52,547 bases of DNA from Oscillospiraceae bacterium (lineage in GTDB: Bacteria; Bacillota; Clostridia; Oscillospirales; Acutalibacteraceae), in contig JAQUHC010000001.1 in NCBI GenBank assembly GCA_028683785.1, positions 1 to 52,547 of the forward strand, in the 5' to 3' direction. The notes beneath the pieces were generated by a model. That model was not told the origin of the DNA, made no database searches, and saw only the letters and a program-made list of their open reading frames with translations. This document shows, one piece after another, positions 38,417-47,779 of the stretch. A program made the translations under genes and the position numbers. The stretch's first letter is position 1, and every line of letters begins with the position of its first letter.

Positions 38417-39320
38417 TATGAGTGTTAAAATATGCGGTGTAAGCTTCAAAAACCCTGTTATAGCGGCATCCGGCACCTATGGATATGGGATGGATTATAA
38501 TGAATTCTATCCCATATCTCGTTTGGGAGGAATATCGTGTAAAGGCACGACACTTGTCGAAAGGGCTGGCAATCCCGCCCCCAGAATTGCTGAAACACCA
38601 TGCGGTATCTTAAATAGTGTAGGTCTTCAGAACCCGGGAGTGGGACGATTTTTAACTTCTTATCTACCGCGGTTAAAAAAACAGAATATAGTTGTGATAG
38701 CAAATATCGCGGGCAATTCGGTTGAAGATTATTGCAAAATGGCAGAGCGGTTGAAAGAGTCCCAAGTTGATATAATAGAGCTAAATATTTCGTGTCCGAA
38801 TGTAAAGCAAGGAGGAGTTAATTTCGGCATTTTACCTGGAAGCGTCGCCGAGGTTACATCACAGGTCAAAAAACACTCTGACAAACCGTTGATGGTAAAG
38901 CTTACTCCGAATGTTACAAGCATCGGAGATATTGCAAAAGCCGCAGAGGGTGCGGGTGCAGATGCTTTATCCTTGATAAATACCCTGACCGGTATGCGTA
39001 TAGATATTAAAACACGCCGACCTATCTTACGAAATAATACGGGGGGTCTTTCCGGTTCGGCGATTTTTCCGGTAGCCCTCCGCATGGTTCGTGAGGTTTA
39101 TAAATGCGTAAAAATTCCGGTAGTGGGAATGGGCGGTATCTCATCATGGGAGGATGCCGCTGAAATGATGATCGCGGGTGCAAGCGCGGTTCAGGTGGGT
39201 ACGGCCAATTTTCGCGATCCCTTTGCTTGCATTAAAATTATCGAGGGACTTGAAAGTTTTGCTGATTCACTTGGATTGAAAAGCATTGCCGAGTTGACCG
39301 GAACACTTAATGAATGGTAA
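38409..39320 (+). CDS. pyrD: dihydroorotate dehydrogenase B, catalytic subunit
   Basis: NPVIAASGT, ELNISCPN, KLTPNV and GGLSG motifs. Confidence 0.95.
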   Translation: MPDMSVKICGVSFKNPVIAASGTYGYGMDYNEFYPISRLGGISCKGTTLVERAGNPAPRIAETPCGILNSVGLQNPGVGRFLTSYLPRLKKQNIVVIANIAGNSVEDYCKMAERLKESQVDIIELNISCPNVKQGGVNFGILPGSVAEVTSQVKKHSDKPLMVKLTPNVTSIGDIAKAAEGAGADALSLINTLTGMRIDIKTRRPILRNNTGGLSGSAIFPVALRMVREVYKCVKIPVVGMGGISSWEDAAEMMIAGASAVQVGTANFRDPFACIKIIEGLESFADSLGLKSIAELTGTLNEW

Positions 39321-39337
39321 AAGGAATGAGCCAGAAA

Positions 39338-39760
39338 ATGAGGATTTTTGCGGTTGATTTGGGCAAGGTGAGGACAGGGTTGGCAGTTTCCGATCAAACC
39401 GGATCTATCGCGGTGCCTGCCGGAACGGTAGTCCAGCGTGATATAAAAAAGCTGGTTTTACAAGTGTCCGACGAGGCAAAAAAACAAAAAGCCGATTTAA
39501 TTATTGTGGGACATCCCCGAAACATGGACGGTTCTTGCGGAGAAAGCGCCCATTTCGCTGAGAATTTTGCCATTGAGCTTGAAAAGGAAAGCGGAATACC
39601 CATTAAGCTCTGGGATGAGCGCATGACCACCATGTCCGCTATTGGAATATTAAACGAGACAAACACCCGTGGAAAAAAGCGAAAAACGGTTATTGACACG
39701 GTTGCTGCAACAATAATATTACAGGATTATCTTGACTCGATTAATAATAATCAATTATAA
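39338..39760 (+). CDS. ruvX: putative pre-16S rRNA nuclease / Holliday junction resolvase-like YqgF
   Basis: MRIFAVDLGKVRTGLAVSD N-terminus, then IIVGHPRNMDGS and DERMTT motifs. Confidence 0.9.
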   Translation: MRIFAVDLGKVRTGLAVSDQTGSIAVPAGTVVQRDIKKLVLQVSDEAKKQKADLIIVGHPRNMDGSCGESAHFAENFAIELEKESGIPIKLWDERMTTMSAIGILNETNTRGKKRKTVIDTVAATIILQDYLDSINNNQL

Positions 39761-39843
39761 AAGCCGATAAAACGGAGTGACGCGTTCTAAATAATAATTA
39801 TATTGTAGCTTTTATTTGAGATTAGTATAAGAGATATTTTATA

Positions 39844-42800
39844 TTATTTAAAGTAAAGTATACCGCTTTCAAAGATATGTTGGTCCTTGTTACCGGGTAC
39901 ATTTTTATACAGGTTTTCGCCCATTCTTTCACTGTGCCCCATCTTACCCAGTATCCGTCCGTCCGGTGATGTAATTCCCTCAACAGCACAGAGGGAGCCG
40001 TTGGGATTCCATTCAATATCATCCGATGGTTTTCCGTCAGGGGAGACATATTGCGTGGCTATCTGTCCGTTTGCAGCCAGCTTATGCAGAATGCTGTCAT
40101 TTGCGTAGAACCTGCCCTCACCATGGGAAACCGGAACACAATGGATGTCGCCCGTATCGCATCCCGAAAGCCAGGGCGATTTTACCGATGTAACACGGGT
40201 ATAAACCATACGACTTACATGTCGCCCCAGAGTATTGAATGTCAAAGTTGGATCCTGTTCACTGAGCTCAATTATGCGGCCATAAGGAACTAGCCCCAGC
40301 TTAATAAGTGCCTGAAACCCGTTACATATTCCCAGAATAAGACCATCACGCTTTTCTATCAGCTCGGCAATCGCATCCGAAATACGCGGGTTGCGGAAGG
40401 TTGTTGCAATAAATTTACCCGAACCGTCCGGCTCATCACCGCCCGAAAACCCACCGGGCAGCATGACAATCTGTGAAGAACGGATGGCTTGCTCCATATG
40501 CTCGATGGTTTCTTCAATATCTGAAGCGGATAGATTTTTTACCACCAAAATATCGGTGATACCTCCGGCGCGCTCAAACGCCCTTGTTGTATCATATTCG
40601 CAGTTTGTACCCGGGAAAACAGGAATAAATACACGCGGACGGGCGGTATGAATTGCAGGAGCAGCTTGATTTCGCTTGTTATAAAGCGGCACAGAGGGGA
40701 GCATAGACGGCTTTTCCGCAGGAACGGTGGGGAAGATGCCCTCCAGAGTTCCCATCCATTTTTCAATCAGGCTGTCAAGCGGCAGTTCCCTGTTGTCGAG
40801 AATGACCGAATTGTCCTCCATTGTGGAGCCAAGTAGCTTATATTCGAAGTCGGCAAGACATAAATCCCCCTCCTTAAGCTCTACAATAAATGAGCCGGCA
40901 AGTGGTGCAAACAGGGTTGATCTGTCTATGCTGCCATTAAAGGCAAATCCGATTTTATTACCAAAGCACATACGGGCAATAGTAGCGGCAACGCCTCCTT
41001 CTCGTACAACCGAAGCCGACAAAATCGCACCGCTTTGCACCAAAGATGAGACGGCTTTGAACAATTTCATAGCATTTTTAAAGTCCGGAAGACGAGATTG
41101 TTTATCCACAGGCAGGGGTAAAAAAGCAACCAGAGAACCGTGTTCATGAAAGGCGGCGGTTCCGACCTGTGACGCTTTAACCATATCAACGGCAAAACTG
41201 ACAAGTGTGGGGGGAACATCAAGCTCGTTAAAGCTGCCCGACATTGAATCCTTGCCACCTATTGACGGAACACCAAATTCTCTTTGAGCGATAAACGCTC
41301 CCAAAAGGGCTGCCGCAGGTTTGCCCCAGCGCTCGGGAACATCCCGCAGTCTTTCAAAATATTCCTGAAAGGTGAGACGGGCGTGAGACGGGTCGGCACC
41401 CATTGCCGCCAGCTTGGCAAGCGATAAAGTAACTGCAAATGCTGCACCGTGAAACGGGCTCCAGCGTGAAATTCCGGGTATAAAACCGTAGGTCATGGCT
41501 GTTGCGGTATCGGTTTCACCCGAAACAACAGGCAACTTAGCTGTCATTCCGTCTTCGGGGGTTAATTGATATTTTCCTGCAAAGGGCATGTTCACTGTCG
41601 CGGCACCAATGCTGGAATCAAAGCGTTCTGCAAGCCCCTTCTGGCTTGCAACCTCAAGCCGTCCGAGATTTTCATAGAATGCATCTGCAAGCGATAAAAG
41701 CGATAAATTTGCCGGAACGGTTGTCCGATAATCGGTGTCGGGATTTGGGGGGATTATTTTAGCATTGGCAGTTTGGGTAACCCCGTTGGTATTAAGAAAA
41801 TCACGTGAAATATCCACTATGGTATCGCCGCGCCATTCCATGCGTAACCTTGCTTCACGGGTTACGATTGCAACAGGGGTAGCTTCAAGGTTTTCTTTTT
41901 GGGCGGCTTTTATAAATACATCGGTATCGTCGGGGTTCAGAACAACCGCCATACGTTCCTGTGATTCGGATATTGCAAGCTCGGTACCGTCTAACCCTTC
42001 ATACTTTTTCAAAACGCGGTCAAGCTCGATATCAAGCCCGTCAGCGAGCTCTCCGATTGCTACACATACCCCTCCTGCGCCAAAGTCGTTGCAGCGGCGT
42101 ATCATACGGGATACAACAGGGTCACGGAACAATCTTTGTATTTTGCGCTCGGTGGGAGGATTGCCCTTTTGCACCTCGGCGCCGCATGTATCAATCGAGT
42201 CGGTGGTGTGTGCCTTAGAGGAACCAGTAGCCCCTCCGCAACCGTCACGGCCTGTACGGCCACCCAGCAGCACAACAACATCACCCGGTGCCGGTACTTC
42301 TCTTATAACATTTTCTTTTGGAGATGCTCCGATAACCGCACCGATTTCCATCCTCTTTGCAACATATCCGGGGTCATAAAGCTCGGAAACCTGACCTGTT
42401 GCAAGCCCAATTTGATTTCCGTATGATGAATAACCGGCGGCTGCGCCGGTTGTAATTTTTCGGGTGGGAAGCTTGCCGCTAAGGGTATCTGCAAAGGATA
42501 CCCGAGGATCCCCGCTGCCTGTAACCCGCATTGCCTGATATACATAAGCCCTGCCGGAAAGCGGGTCGCGTATCGCCCCGCCGAGGCAGGTTGCAGCCCC
42601 GCCGAAAGGCTCAATTTCGGTGGGATGGTTGTGGGTTTCATTTTTAAATTGAACCAGCCAGCTTTGGGTTTGACCGTCAATTTCAACAGGAACCTCGATT
42701 GAGCATGCGTTTATCTCATCCGACTCGTCAAGGTCGGGTATCAAACCACGCTTTTTAAGCAACCGCATTCCCATTGTTGCCATATCCATAAGGGTGACAT

Positions 42801-43617
42801 TCTTCTTGTTTATACGGTCGCCGTATACCTCTTGCCTTGCCTCGTAATACGCCGAAAGAGAAGCTTCGATTACTGAGGAAAGAGCCCCCCGTTCCACCTC
42901 GATGTTATCTAATTTGGTAAGAAAAGTGGTGTGCCGGCAGTGATCCGACCAGTAGGTATCAATAACCTTTAATTCCGTTACGGAGGGATCACGCTTTTCC
43001 TCATCTCTGAAATAGCTTTGGCAAAAAGCAAGGTCTTCCTGTGACATGGCAAATCCGACCGAATTCCAATATTCTTCAAGCTGCTCCGCCGTCATTGATA
43101 TAAATCCGGTTACTCTGTGCACATCTTTCGGCTGTTTTACAGGCATATCCAGAGTTTCAGGCTTGTCCGGCGATGCAATTCGCGATTCAACAGGGTTTAC
43201 CAGATATGCTTTAATCTTTTTTAATGCCTCGCTATTTATATTGCCGTGCAGGCAGATCACCCGAGCAGATGCAACCTTGGGGCGTTCACCCTGGGTTAAA
43301 AGCTGCACGCATTGGGCGGCCGAATCAGCACGCTGGTCATATTGTCCGGGCAGATATTCCATTGTGAACATTCGCCAGCCTTCGCCGGGTGAAAAGGTTT
43401 CATAGTATACATCATCCACATTGGGCTCTGAAAACACGGTATCACATGCGAGTTTAAATTCTTCGGGTGACAGTCCCTCAACATCATATCGGTTAAGCAA
43501 ACGAACAGATTTAAGGGAGCTAAACCCCAAATTGACACGCAGGTCAGAAAGCATGCCGGCTGCCTCTACATCAAAGCCACGACGCTTTTCTACAAATATT
43601 CGAATAACATTTGGCAT
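39844..43617 (-). CDS. purL: phosphoribosylformylglycinamidine synthase, single-chain large form
   Basis: 1257 aa. AIRS-like repeats (NHPTEIEPFGGAATCLGGAIRD) and a C-terminal glutaminase domain (GICNGFQAL...HGEGR). Confidence 0.95.
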   Translation of the reverse strand: MPNVIRIFVEKRRGFDVEAAGMLSDLRVNLGFSSLKSVRLLNRYDVEGLSPEEFKLACDTVFSEPNVDDVYYETFSPGEGWRMFTMEYLPGQYDQRADSAAQCVQLLTQGERPKVASARVICLHGNINSEALKKIKAYLVNPVESRIASPDKPETLDMPVKQPKDVHRVTGFISMTAEQLEEYWNSVGFAMSQEDLAFCQSYFRDEEKRDPSVTELKVIDTYWSDHCRHTTFLTKLDNIEVERGALSSVIEASLSAYYEARQEVYGDRINKKNVTLMDMATMGMRLLKKRGLIPDLDESDEINACSIEVPVEIDGQTQSWLVQFKNETHNHPTEIEPFGGAATCLGGAIRDPLSGRAYVYQAMRVTGSGDPRVSFADTLSGKLPTRKITTGAAAGYSSYGNQIGLATGQVSELYDPGYVAKRMEIGAVIGASPKENVIREVPAPGDVVVLLGGRTGRDGCGGATGSSKAHTTDSIDTCGAEVQKGNPPTERKIQRLFRDPVVSRMIRRCNDFGAGGVCVAIGELADGLDIELDRVLKKYEGLDGTELAISESQERMAVVLNPDDTDVFIKAAQKENLEATPVAIVTREARLRMEWRGDTIVDISRDFLNTNGVTQTANAKIIPPNPDTDYRTTVPANLSLLSLADAFYENLGRLEVASQKGLAERFDSSIGAATVNMPFAGKYQLTPEDGMTAKLPVVSGETDTATAMTYGFIPGISRWSPFHGAAFAVTLSLAKLAAMGADPSHARLTFQEYFERLRDVPERWGKPAAALLGAFIAQREFGVPSIGGKDSMSGSFNELDVPPTLVSFAVDMVKASQVGTAAFHEHGSLVAFLPLPVDKQSRLPDFKNAMKLFKAVSSLVQSGAILSASVVREGGVAATIARMCFGNKIGFAFNGSIDRSTLFAPLAGSFIVELKEGDLCLADFEYKLLGSTMEDNSVILDNRELPLDSLIEKWMGTLEGIFPTVPAEKPSMLPSVPLYNKRNQAAPAIHTARPRVFIPVFPGTNCEYDTTRAFERAGGITDILVVKNLSASDIEETIEHMEQAIRSSQIVMLPGGFSGGDEPDGSGKFIATTFRNPRISDAIAELIEKRDGLILGICNGFQALIKLGLVPYGRIIELSEQDPTLTFNTLGRHVSRMVYTRVTSVKSPWLSGCDTGDIHCVPVSHGEGRFYANDSILHKLAANGQIATQYVSPDGKPSDDIEWNPNGSLCAVEGITSPDGRILGKMGHSERMGENLYKNVPGNKDQHIFESGILYFK

Positions 43618-43899
43618 TTATTATACCGTGCCTTTCTATGCCGTTCGGCACAAAGATATCTTAATTATAAATCTGTTAATTTCATGCAATAGAACTATAA
43701 ACTATTTTACCACAGATGAAAACAAAGACAAGGGTAAAATGGAATGAAAATATATCACCTGCGGGCATAGAAATTGTTTACCGATATATCCACAGAGTAT
43801 TAAAAGGTTGAATCTGCGTGAAAATGAGTTATAATAAATTTGTCGCAACCTTTTACATCGACGGTCGGGACACAAACCTTTCGAAAGGTTGGAATATTT

Positions 43900-45096
43900 A
43901 TGGTTGAATTTTTAAAGCGTACATGGGCACAAATAAATCTTGATGCAATTGAGAATAATTTTCGCGTTATAACAAAATCACTGTCTCCCGGCTGCCAAGC
44001 CATGGCTATTGTTAAGGCGGATGCATACGGACACGGAGCCGGATATGTTTCCCGCACCTTGCGGGATGCCGGTGCCACATGGTTCGGGGTGTCAAATCTT
44101 GATGAGGCGCTGCAAATACGAAACGAGGGGATTGACCAATCCATTCTCATTCTTGCATATACTCCCCCTGCACAAGCATTAAGATTAGCCGCAAACCGTA
44201 TCACTCAAACCGTTTTTACAAGCGAGTATGCACAGCAGCTCAGCCGTTCGGCGGTAAATTCCGGTGTAAAGGTGAGGGTACATATAAAGCTGGATACCGG
44301 GATGTCACGTATCGGATTTATTTGCCAATGCCATGATGATATAAATAAATCGGTCGAAGAAATTGCCGAAGTCTGTTCTCTTCCGGGGCTTGAAGCTGAG
44401 GGTATATTCACCCATTTTACATCGGCGGATGAGGAACAGGGCGAGCAATATACCCGGGTGCAGTTTGAATATTTTCAAAGGGTAATTGAGCTGCTTGGTG
44501 ACAGAGGAGTCAAATTTGCATTAAAGCATTGCTGTAACAGTGCTGCCACCATGAGATTTCCGGAAATGCATCTGAATTTGGTTCGCCCCGGACTTATACT
44601 GTATGGGTTGGCACCTGCACGGTGGATGCAGGATAAGTTATTTCTTACCCCTGCAATGGAGCTGAAAACCGTGGTTTCCATGATAAAGACAGTACCTGCC
44701 GGAACCGCAATAAGTTATGGACGCACCTATACAACAAATGGGGAAATGAAGCTTGCAACCCTTCCGATTGGATATGCAGACGGATTTCCTCGGGTAATGT
44801 CCAACCGTGCCGAAATGCTGATAAACGGAAGACGGGCTCCTGTTGTAGGTCGTGTGTGCATGGACCAGTGTATGATTGATATAACCGGAATGGATGAAGT
44901 CAAAGAAGGCGTAACCGTCACAGTGTTCGGGCATGATAGGGATGAGTTTCTGACTGTTGAGAGATTTGCCGAGTTGGCAGATACCATAAATTATGAAATT
45001 ATTTGCAGTATAGGAAAGAGAGTGCCTCGTATTTATCAAAGTAAAGGGCAAACAATAGGTCAGCTGAATTATATTGGACAATACAAGGAGGATTAG
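43900..45096 (+). CDS. alr: alanine racemase
   Basis: RTWAQINLDAIENNF, the PLP-lysine block AIVKADAYGHG, and PIGYADG...GRVCMDQ. Confidence 0.95.
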   Translation: MVEFLKRTWAQINLDAIENNFRVITKSLSPGCQAMAIVKADAYGHGAGYVSRTLRDAGATWFGVSNLDEALQIRNEGIDQSILILAYTPPAQALRLAANRITQTVFTSEYAQQLSRSAVNSGVKVRVHIKLDTGMSRIGFICQCHDDINKSVEEIAEVCSLPGLEAEGIFTHFTSADEEQGEQYTRVQFEYFQRVIELLGDRGVKFALKHCCNSAATMRFPEMHLNLVRPGLILYGLAPARWMQDKLFLTPAMELKTVVSMIKTVPAGTAISYGRTYTTNGEMKLATLPIGYADGFPRVMSNRAEMLINGRRAPVVGRVCMDQCMIDITGMDEVKEGVTVTVFGHDRDEFLTVERFAELADTINYEIICSIGKRVPRIYQSKGQTIGQLNYIGQYKED

Positions 45097-45098
45097 AT

Positions 45099-45602
45099 AT
45101 GAACAAACATTTATCATTAGCCTTTGTAGTGTTTTTAATATTTATTTTTATACTTGCGGGATGTAAAAAGGATGAACCGGTTTCTTCTGTCGTTCAAACA
45201 ACAACCCCGGCTACCATGCCAACGCTTTTGGATGTTAAAATTGACGATCTTGTGACCTCGGAACAGGTGAGCAACGCATTGGGAGTAAAAGTGGGGGAGG
45301 CAATAGTAACCGATCAAGATACAGCCGTGCGTTATTATTCGGAAGACGGCGGTTCATATTGTGATATCGGGATGTTGAAATGCTCCAGAGAAATTTATGA
45401 TTCCACCGTTTCAGAATATACCGACGCGGTAGATACACTTAATCTGGGACAGGTGGCAAAATGGAGCTCAAACAGCAAGCAGCTTTTGGTTTATAACGGA
45501 AGCTATATGATAAGTGTTTCGGCGGTTTCTGAGGGTAAAAGCGATGAGAATTTGTTGATTTCCGCTCGTCAGATTGCCGCTCTTGTATTGGAAAAAATGT
45601 GA
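45099..45602 (+). CDS. hypothetical lipoprotein
   Basis: Signal peptide with an LAGC lipobox. I recognise no family. Confidence 0.6.
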   Translation: MNKHLSLAFVVFLIFIFILAGCKKDEPVSSVVQTTTPATMPTLLDVKIDDLVTSEQVSNALGVKVGEAIVTDQDTAVRYYSEDGGSYCDIGMLKCSREIYDSTVSEYTDAVDTLNLGQVAKWSSNSKQLLVYNGSYMISVSAVSEGKSDENLLISARQIAALVLEKM

Positions 45603-45665
45603 TATGAAAATCTTTTAACCCAACAAATCCGAGCATAAAAACCAGAAAAGGACAACAAGCTAATA

Positions 45666-45971
45666 ATGAACACATTTGATAGGATTTACGAGATTGTAAA
45701 AAGAATTCCAAAGGGCCGTGTATCTACCTATGGACAGGTAGCCTGTATCGCAGGCAATCCAAGATGGGCGCGGGTTGTGGGGTACGCGCTTCATGCGAAC
45801 CCCGACCCTGCTTCAATTCCGTGCCACCGTGTTGTGAACAGGAGGGGGGAGACCTCATCGGCTTTTGCGTTTGGCGGACAAGACCGTCAAAGCATGCTCC
45901 TTGTGACGGAAGGGGTTCCGTTTTTGCCTGACGGAAGGGTTGATTTAAGCCTTTGTATGTGGTGGGGTTAA
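45666..45971 (+). CDS. MGMT-family single-domain protein (methylated-DNA-protein-cysteine methyltransferase DNA-binding domain)
   Basis: IPKGRVSTYGQVA and the retained active-site-like IPCHRVV motif. At 101 aa there is no N-terminal Ada/Ogt domain. Confidence 0.75.
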   Translation: MNTFDRIYEIVKRIPKGRVSTYGQVACIAGNPRWARVVGYALHANPDPASIPCHRVVNRRGETSSAFAFGGQDRQSMLLVTEGVPFLPDGRVDLSLCMWWG

Positions 45972-46042
45972 TAATACTTTTTGCATATCTTAATTACTCC
46001 CGGCATATTGTTATTGTAGAGAAAATGCAGGGAGGAAAGGAA

Positions 46043-46342
46043 ATGCGTTGCCGTATTACCGACATGCACAATAAGGAAGTTATAAATATAAGTGACGGTA
46101 GCCGTCTTGGCTGTGTTGATGATGTGGAAGTTGACACATGTACGGCGCAGATTGTTGCTATCGTGGTTCACGGTCGCCCAAAGTGTCTGGGTTTGCTTGG
46201 GCGTGAGGAGGATATAGTGATCGGATGGAGACATATCAGCGTTATCGGTGAGGATACCATACTTGTCAATTATGAATGTCCTTGTAAACCGCATAAGCAT
46301 AAAGGCAGGGGAATATTCTCGGACATTTTTTGTAGCAGATGA
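46043..46342 (+). CDS. YlmC/YmxH family sporulation protein (PRC-barrel)
   Basis: MRCRITDMHNKEVINISDGSRLGCVDDVEVDTCTAQIVAIVV pattern. GGGAGGAAAGG RBS before the ATG at 46043. Confidence 0.8.
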   Translation: MRCRITDMHNKEVINISDGSRLGCVDDVEVDTCTAQIVAIVVHGRPKCLGLLGREEDIVIGWRHISVIGEDTILVNYECPCKPHKHKGRGIFSDIFCSR

Positions 46343-46399
46343 GGAAATAATGATTTAAAAATAACCAAGTATTGATTTTTTTGATCGGGTGTGGTAAGG

Positions 46400-46666
46400 T
46401 AATGCAATAAACGCATTGATAGAGAGAGTACCTCGTGTTTTTTCGTATAAGAGAAGGTTGTCATAGGCTGAAAGCAATCTGCGAAAAAGGCGGGAGAAGT
46501 TCACTCCGGAGCGGTAGGGCTGAAAATTTAGTAGGCTCTGACGGGTGACGCCGTTAAATGTCTTAAAAGTGTTTATTTATGCATATTGTTTTGCATACGA
46601 TGAAAATCAGGGTGGTACCGCGGAGGAATGACCTTCGTCCCTTTTATGGGGACGGGGGTATTTTTA
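46400..46666 (+). promoter_or_regulatory. T-box riboswitch leader, Phe-specific (UUC specifier)
   Basis: Stem I AGAGAGAGTA at 46421-46430. Specifier context GAAG-TTC-A, with TTC at 46500-46502. T-box sequence AAAATCAGGGTGGTACCGCGG at 46603-46623. The terminator ccttcgtccc / gggacggggg followed by a T-run lies at 46632-46666. Confidence 0.9.
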
Positions 46667-46721
46667 TATAAATATAATTAAAATAATAATTCGGTGCTTA
46701 GTATAAATATTAGGCAAATGC

Positions 46722-47765
46722 ATGGAAAGGATGGTCATTTTGAAGGAAAAATTAGAGCAGCTTCGTCAGCAGGTTTTAGAGCAATTAAACGACATGACAG
46801 ATGAAAAAGAGCTGAATGAGCTGAGAGTACGGGTTATGGGTAAAAAGGGTTGGCTTACCGAAATATTGCGGGGGATGGGCGGACTGCCTGCCGAGGAGCG
46901 TCCAAAGGCGGGTCAGCTTGTCAACCGTGTGAGACAGGAGCTTGAAAATAAATTTGATGAAGTGGAATCAAACATCAGCGAGCTTCTTAAGAATGCCCGT
47001 CTAAAGGATGAATCCCTTGACATTACCCTGCCCGGGAAGAAGCATGAATTGGGCGGATTGCATCCTCTTAACGGTGTTTTGGAGGAACTTATTGATATAT
47101 TCGGTTCGATGGGATTTGATGTTGTTGAAGGGCCGGAAGTAGAAACAGATTATTATAACTTTGAAGCATTAAATGTACCAAAGGATCACCCCGCGCGGGA
47201 TGATCAGGATACCTTTTATATTGCTGAAAACCTGCTTTTACGCACACAAACATCCTCTGCCCAGATACGCACCATGGAAACCCAAAAGCCGCCGATTCGC
47301 ATGATCTGTCCCGGCCGCGTTTACAGGGCGGATGAAGTGGACGCAACCCATTCCCCGGTGTTTCATCAAATGGAGGGGCTTGTGATTGATAAGGGCATTA
47401 CCATGTGTGACCTAAAGGGAGTGCTTGAACAGTTTGCCAAGGAAATTTACGGACCCGAAACAAAAGTAAGGTTCCGGCCTTCGTTTTTTCCTTTTACAGA
47501 GCCGAGTGTCGAGGTTGATGTCAGTTGCGGTGTGTGCGGCGGTAAGGGCTGCCGCGTATGCAAGGGAGCCGGTTGGATAGAAATTCTGGGAGCGGGTATG
47601 GTGCATCCGAATGTGCTTTCGGGCTGCGGTATTGACCCTGAGATTTATTCCGGCTTTGCCTTCGGAGTAGGACTTGATCGGCTTACCACTACCCGTCATA
47701 AAATCAGCGATATACGCCTGCTGTTTGAAAACGACCGTTGTTTTCTTGAACAGTTCAATCGCTAG
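46722..47765 (+). CDS. pheS: phenylalanine-tRNA ligase alpha subunit
   Basis: Class II motifs ([30 protein letters not shown]). A TTG at 46740, 9 nt after GGAAAGG, is a plausible true start. Confidence 0.95.
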   Translation: MERMVILKEKLEQLRQQVLEQLNDMTDEKELNELRVRVMGKKGWLTEILRGMGGLPAEERPKAGQLVNRVRQELENKFDEVESNISELLKNARLKDESLDITLPGKKHELGGLHPLNGVLEELIDIFGSMGFDVVEGPEVETDYYNFEALNVPKDHPARDDQDTFYIAENLLLRTQTSSAQIRTMETQKPPIRMICPGRVYRADEVDATHSPVFHQMEGLVIDKGITMCDLKGVLEQFAKEIYGPETKVRFRPSFFPFTEPSVEVDVSCGVCGGKGCRVCKGAGWIEILGAGMVHPNVLSGCGIDPEIYSGFAFGVGLDRLTTTRHKISDIRLLFENDRCFLEQFNR

Positions 47766-47779
47766 AGGAGGTTTAAAAC

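Noticed and set aside
39781-39830. Possible degenerate relic of the repeat family between ruvX and purL (gcgttct...ataataattatattgtag...gattagtataa)
   Set aside because: There is only patchy similarity to the centre of the 121-bp element, plus a solo ATTAGTA end. No matching TACTAA end is present. This is too weak to call without a family profile.
41735-42379. 214-aa plus-strand ORF, plus several shorter ones, inside purL
   Set aside because: They are antisense to the collinear 1257-aa purL. The translation is Ser/Pro/Arg-rich, as is typical of GC-rich antisense frames.
43618-43899. Possible purine or ZTP riboswitch in the purL/alr divergent spacer
   Set aside because: Read on the purL strand there is a faint AAUUUCUAUGCCC resemblance to the purine-riboswitch J2/3 region. 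However, I could draw no P1/P2/P3 helices, and no ZTP CCGCCUGGGC-type core is present. Only a small hairpin (gtgcc...ggcac) lies near the RBS. cmscan would settle this.
44638-45117. 159-aa minus-strand ORF
   Set aside because: It is antisense to the alr 3' half, so it is a shadow ORF. The same reasoning applies to 35945-36442 inside pyrC.
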